Assembly (NCBI RefSeq): GCF_041146345.1
Contig: NW_027191402.1
Coordinates: 992,001 to 1,056,000, forward strand
From: Neodothiora populina
Taxonomy: Eukaryota
DNA length: 64,000 nucleotides
Direction of reading: 5' to 3'
Shown here: positions 63,025-64,000 of the stretch, piece by piece
How the letters are laid out: the number at the start of each line of letters is the position of its first letter
How positions within the stretch are numbered: the first letter of the stretch is position 1
Position numbers and translations under genes: made by a program
Notes under the pieces: generated by a model
The model's input: the letters and a program-made list of their open reading frames with translations, nothing else
What the model was told of the DNA's origin: nothing
The model's database searches: none

Positions 63025-63316
63025 AGGAGCAAGACAGTCGTGTCACCTGTTTTCCATATAGCCAGATTACAGCCAAGATGTTATGTACAGTCTGGAATGA
63101 TTGATCTCCATGCACGGTCTGTTTCGCTCGGCCTTTCCTCCGGTATACAAGATGACTTTGGACGAAGCTCTTTTCATTCGGGCAGTTCCCGCACTGGAGA
63201 AATGAAAACTTGATTGAAGGATTATATCGCAAAAGAATTGATCGATAGCAACGGTGAGTGAGAAAGATTGCGAACACTTCGCCTTCTGTTTAACGCCAAA
63301 CGCCTTGATTGATACC

Positions 63317-64000
63317 TTAGAACTTCAGGGGCTCGCCTCTCTCCATCATCCTTCTTTCACTTGCTGCAACCATGTCTGGGTGGTCTGGGTCAGCTTAAAT
63401 ATATGCCAAATACCGGCTGCTGGGCTCACCTTTCCATTGGTTCCTGGCAGCATTTTCCAAGGACGGTAGAGTGACACCCTGGGTCTTGTCGTGGGTTTCA
63501 AGAGCCAGTGTTGCAACCACGACAGCCATGGTCAGACCTTGTGCATAAACACGTGCCTGCATGAGTTTCTGCTGACCACTGAGATATCTGTTCTTCGACA
63601 CCACCGCCAACGCAGCAGCCATGGAGACGACCCAAGAGCCAAGGACGATACTATACTTGTTCTGCTGAGCCCAATCCTGCCATCTTTCTGTTGGTGTCTT
63701 CTGTGCTTTTAATTGCTTCCTCACCGAAGAGACCTCCTGCTTCGTTGTTGTGTGGTAAGCATTATCAGGATGATGCATAGCCTCGAAGCTACGAGACCAG
63801 CGGTCTGCAGACAGGTATCCTTATCGGGTGTCAGCTGGCATTCCACGAAAGGGGACAAGTGCTACACACCAGCTCCCAAGCCACTGCTGGCTACTAAAAA
63901 AGATTTGAACGGAAGGGTAAGGGCTCTGCTGAAGGCTGGGAACCTCCGCGATGCTCCCCACAAGGCAAAGGCTCCAACCGCTGTGCCGGCAACACCTCCA
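63317..64000 (-). CDS. Rcf2-like HIG1-domain mitochondrial protein (5' end beyond the window)
   Basis: RRFPAF..LTLPFKSFLV, NKYSIVLGSW, QKLMQARVYAQGLT and a spliced C-terminus QWK|DMVAASERR. Confidence 0.85.

Overview
Eukaryotic, intron-containing DNA from a filamentous ascomycete or black-yeast-like fungus (GT-AG introns of about 50 nt with CTRAC branch points). The first 7 kb has no gene I can recognise. It is followed by a mostly housekeeping block: grg1/ccg-1, ESF1, ALG2, a GPAT/DHAPAT-type acyltransferase, a Ulp1 protease, a ModF-like ABC ATPase, DUF6601, SNG1, UBA1, DBR1 and an S10 carboxypeptidase. An accessory island at about 40.0-50.3 kb holds a 5-oxoprolinase bracketed by two copies of a TA-flanked TIR element, plus a Zn2Cys6 regulator and a Dal5-type permease; each of the three genes carries an apparent lesion or oddity. 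The rest comprises URK1, GID8 (hosting two intronic box C/D snoRNAs), a PTH11-like receptor, a BAHD acyltransferase, a frameshifted sugar porter, a pectin lyase, a GNAT and a partial RCF2-like gene. The best leads are a candidate CUG-initiated, NLS-bearing N-terminal extension of UBA1; the TIR-flanked, composite-transposon-like oxoprolinase; a GA-AG intron; and the two snoRNAs. All calls are from reading the sequence and from recalled family motifs; no searches were run.
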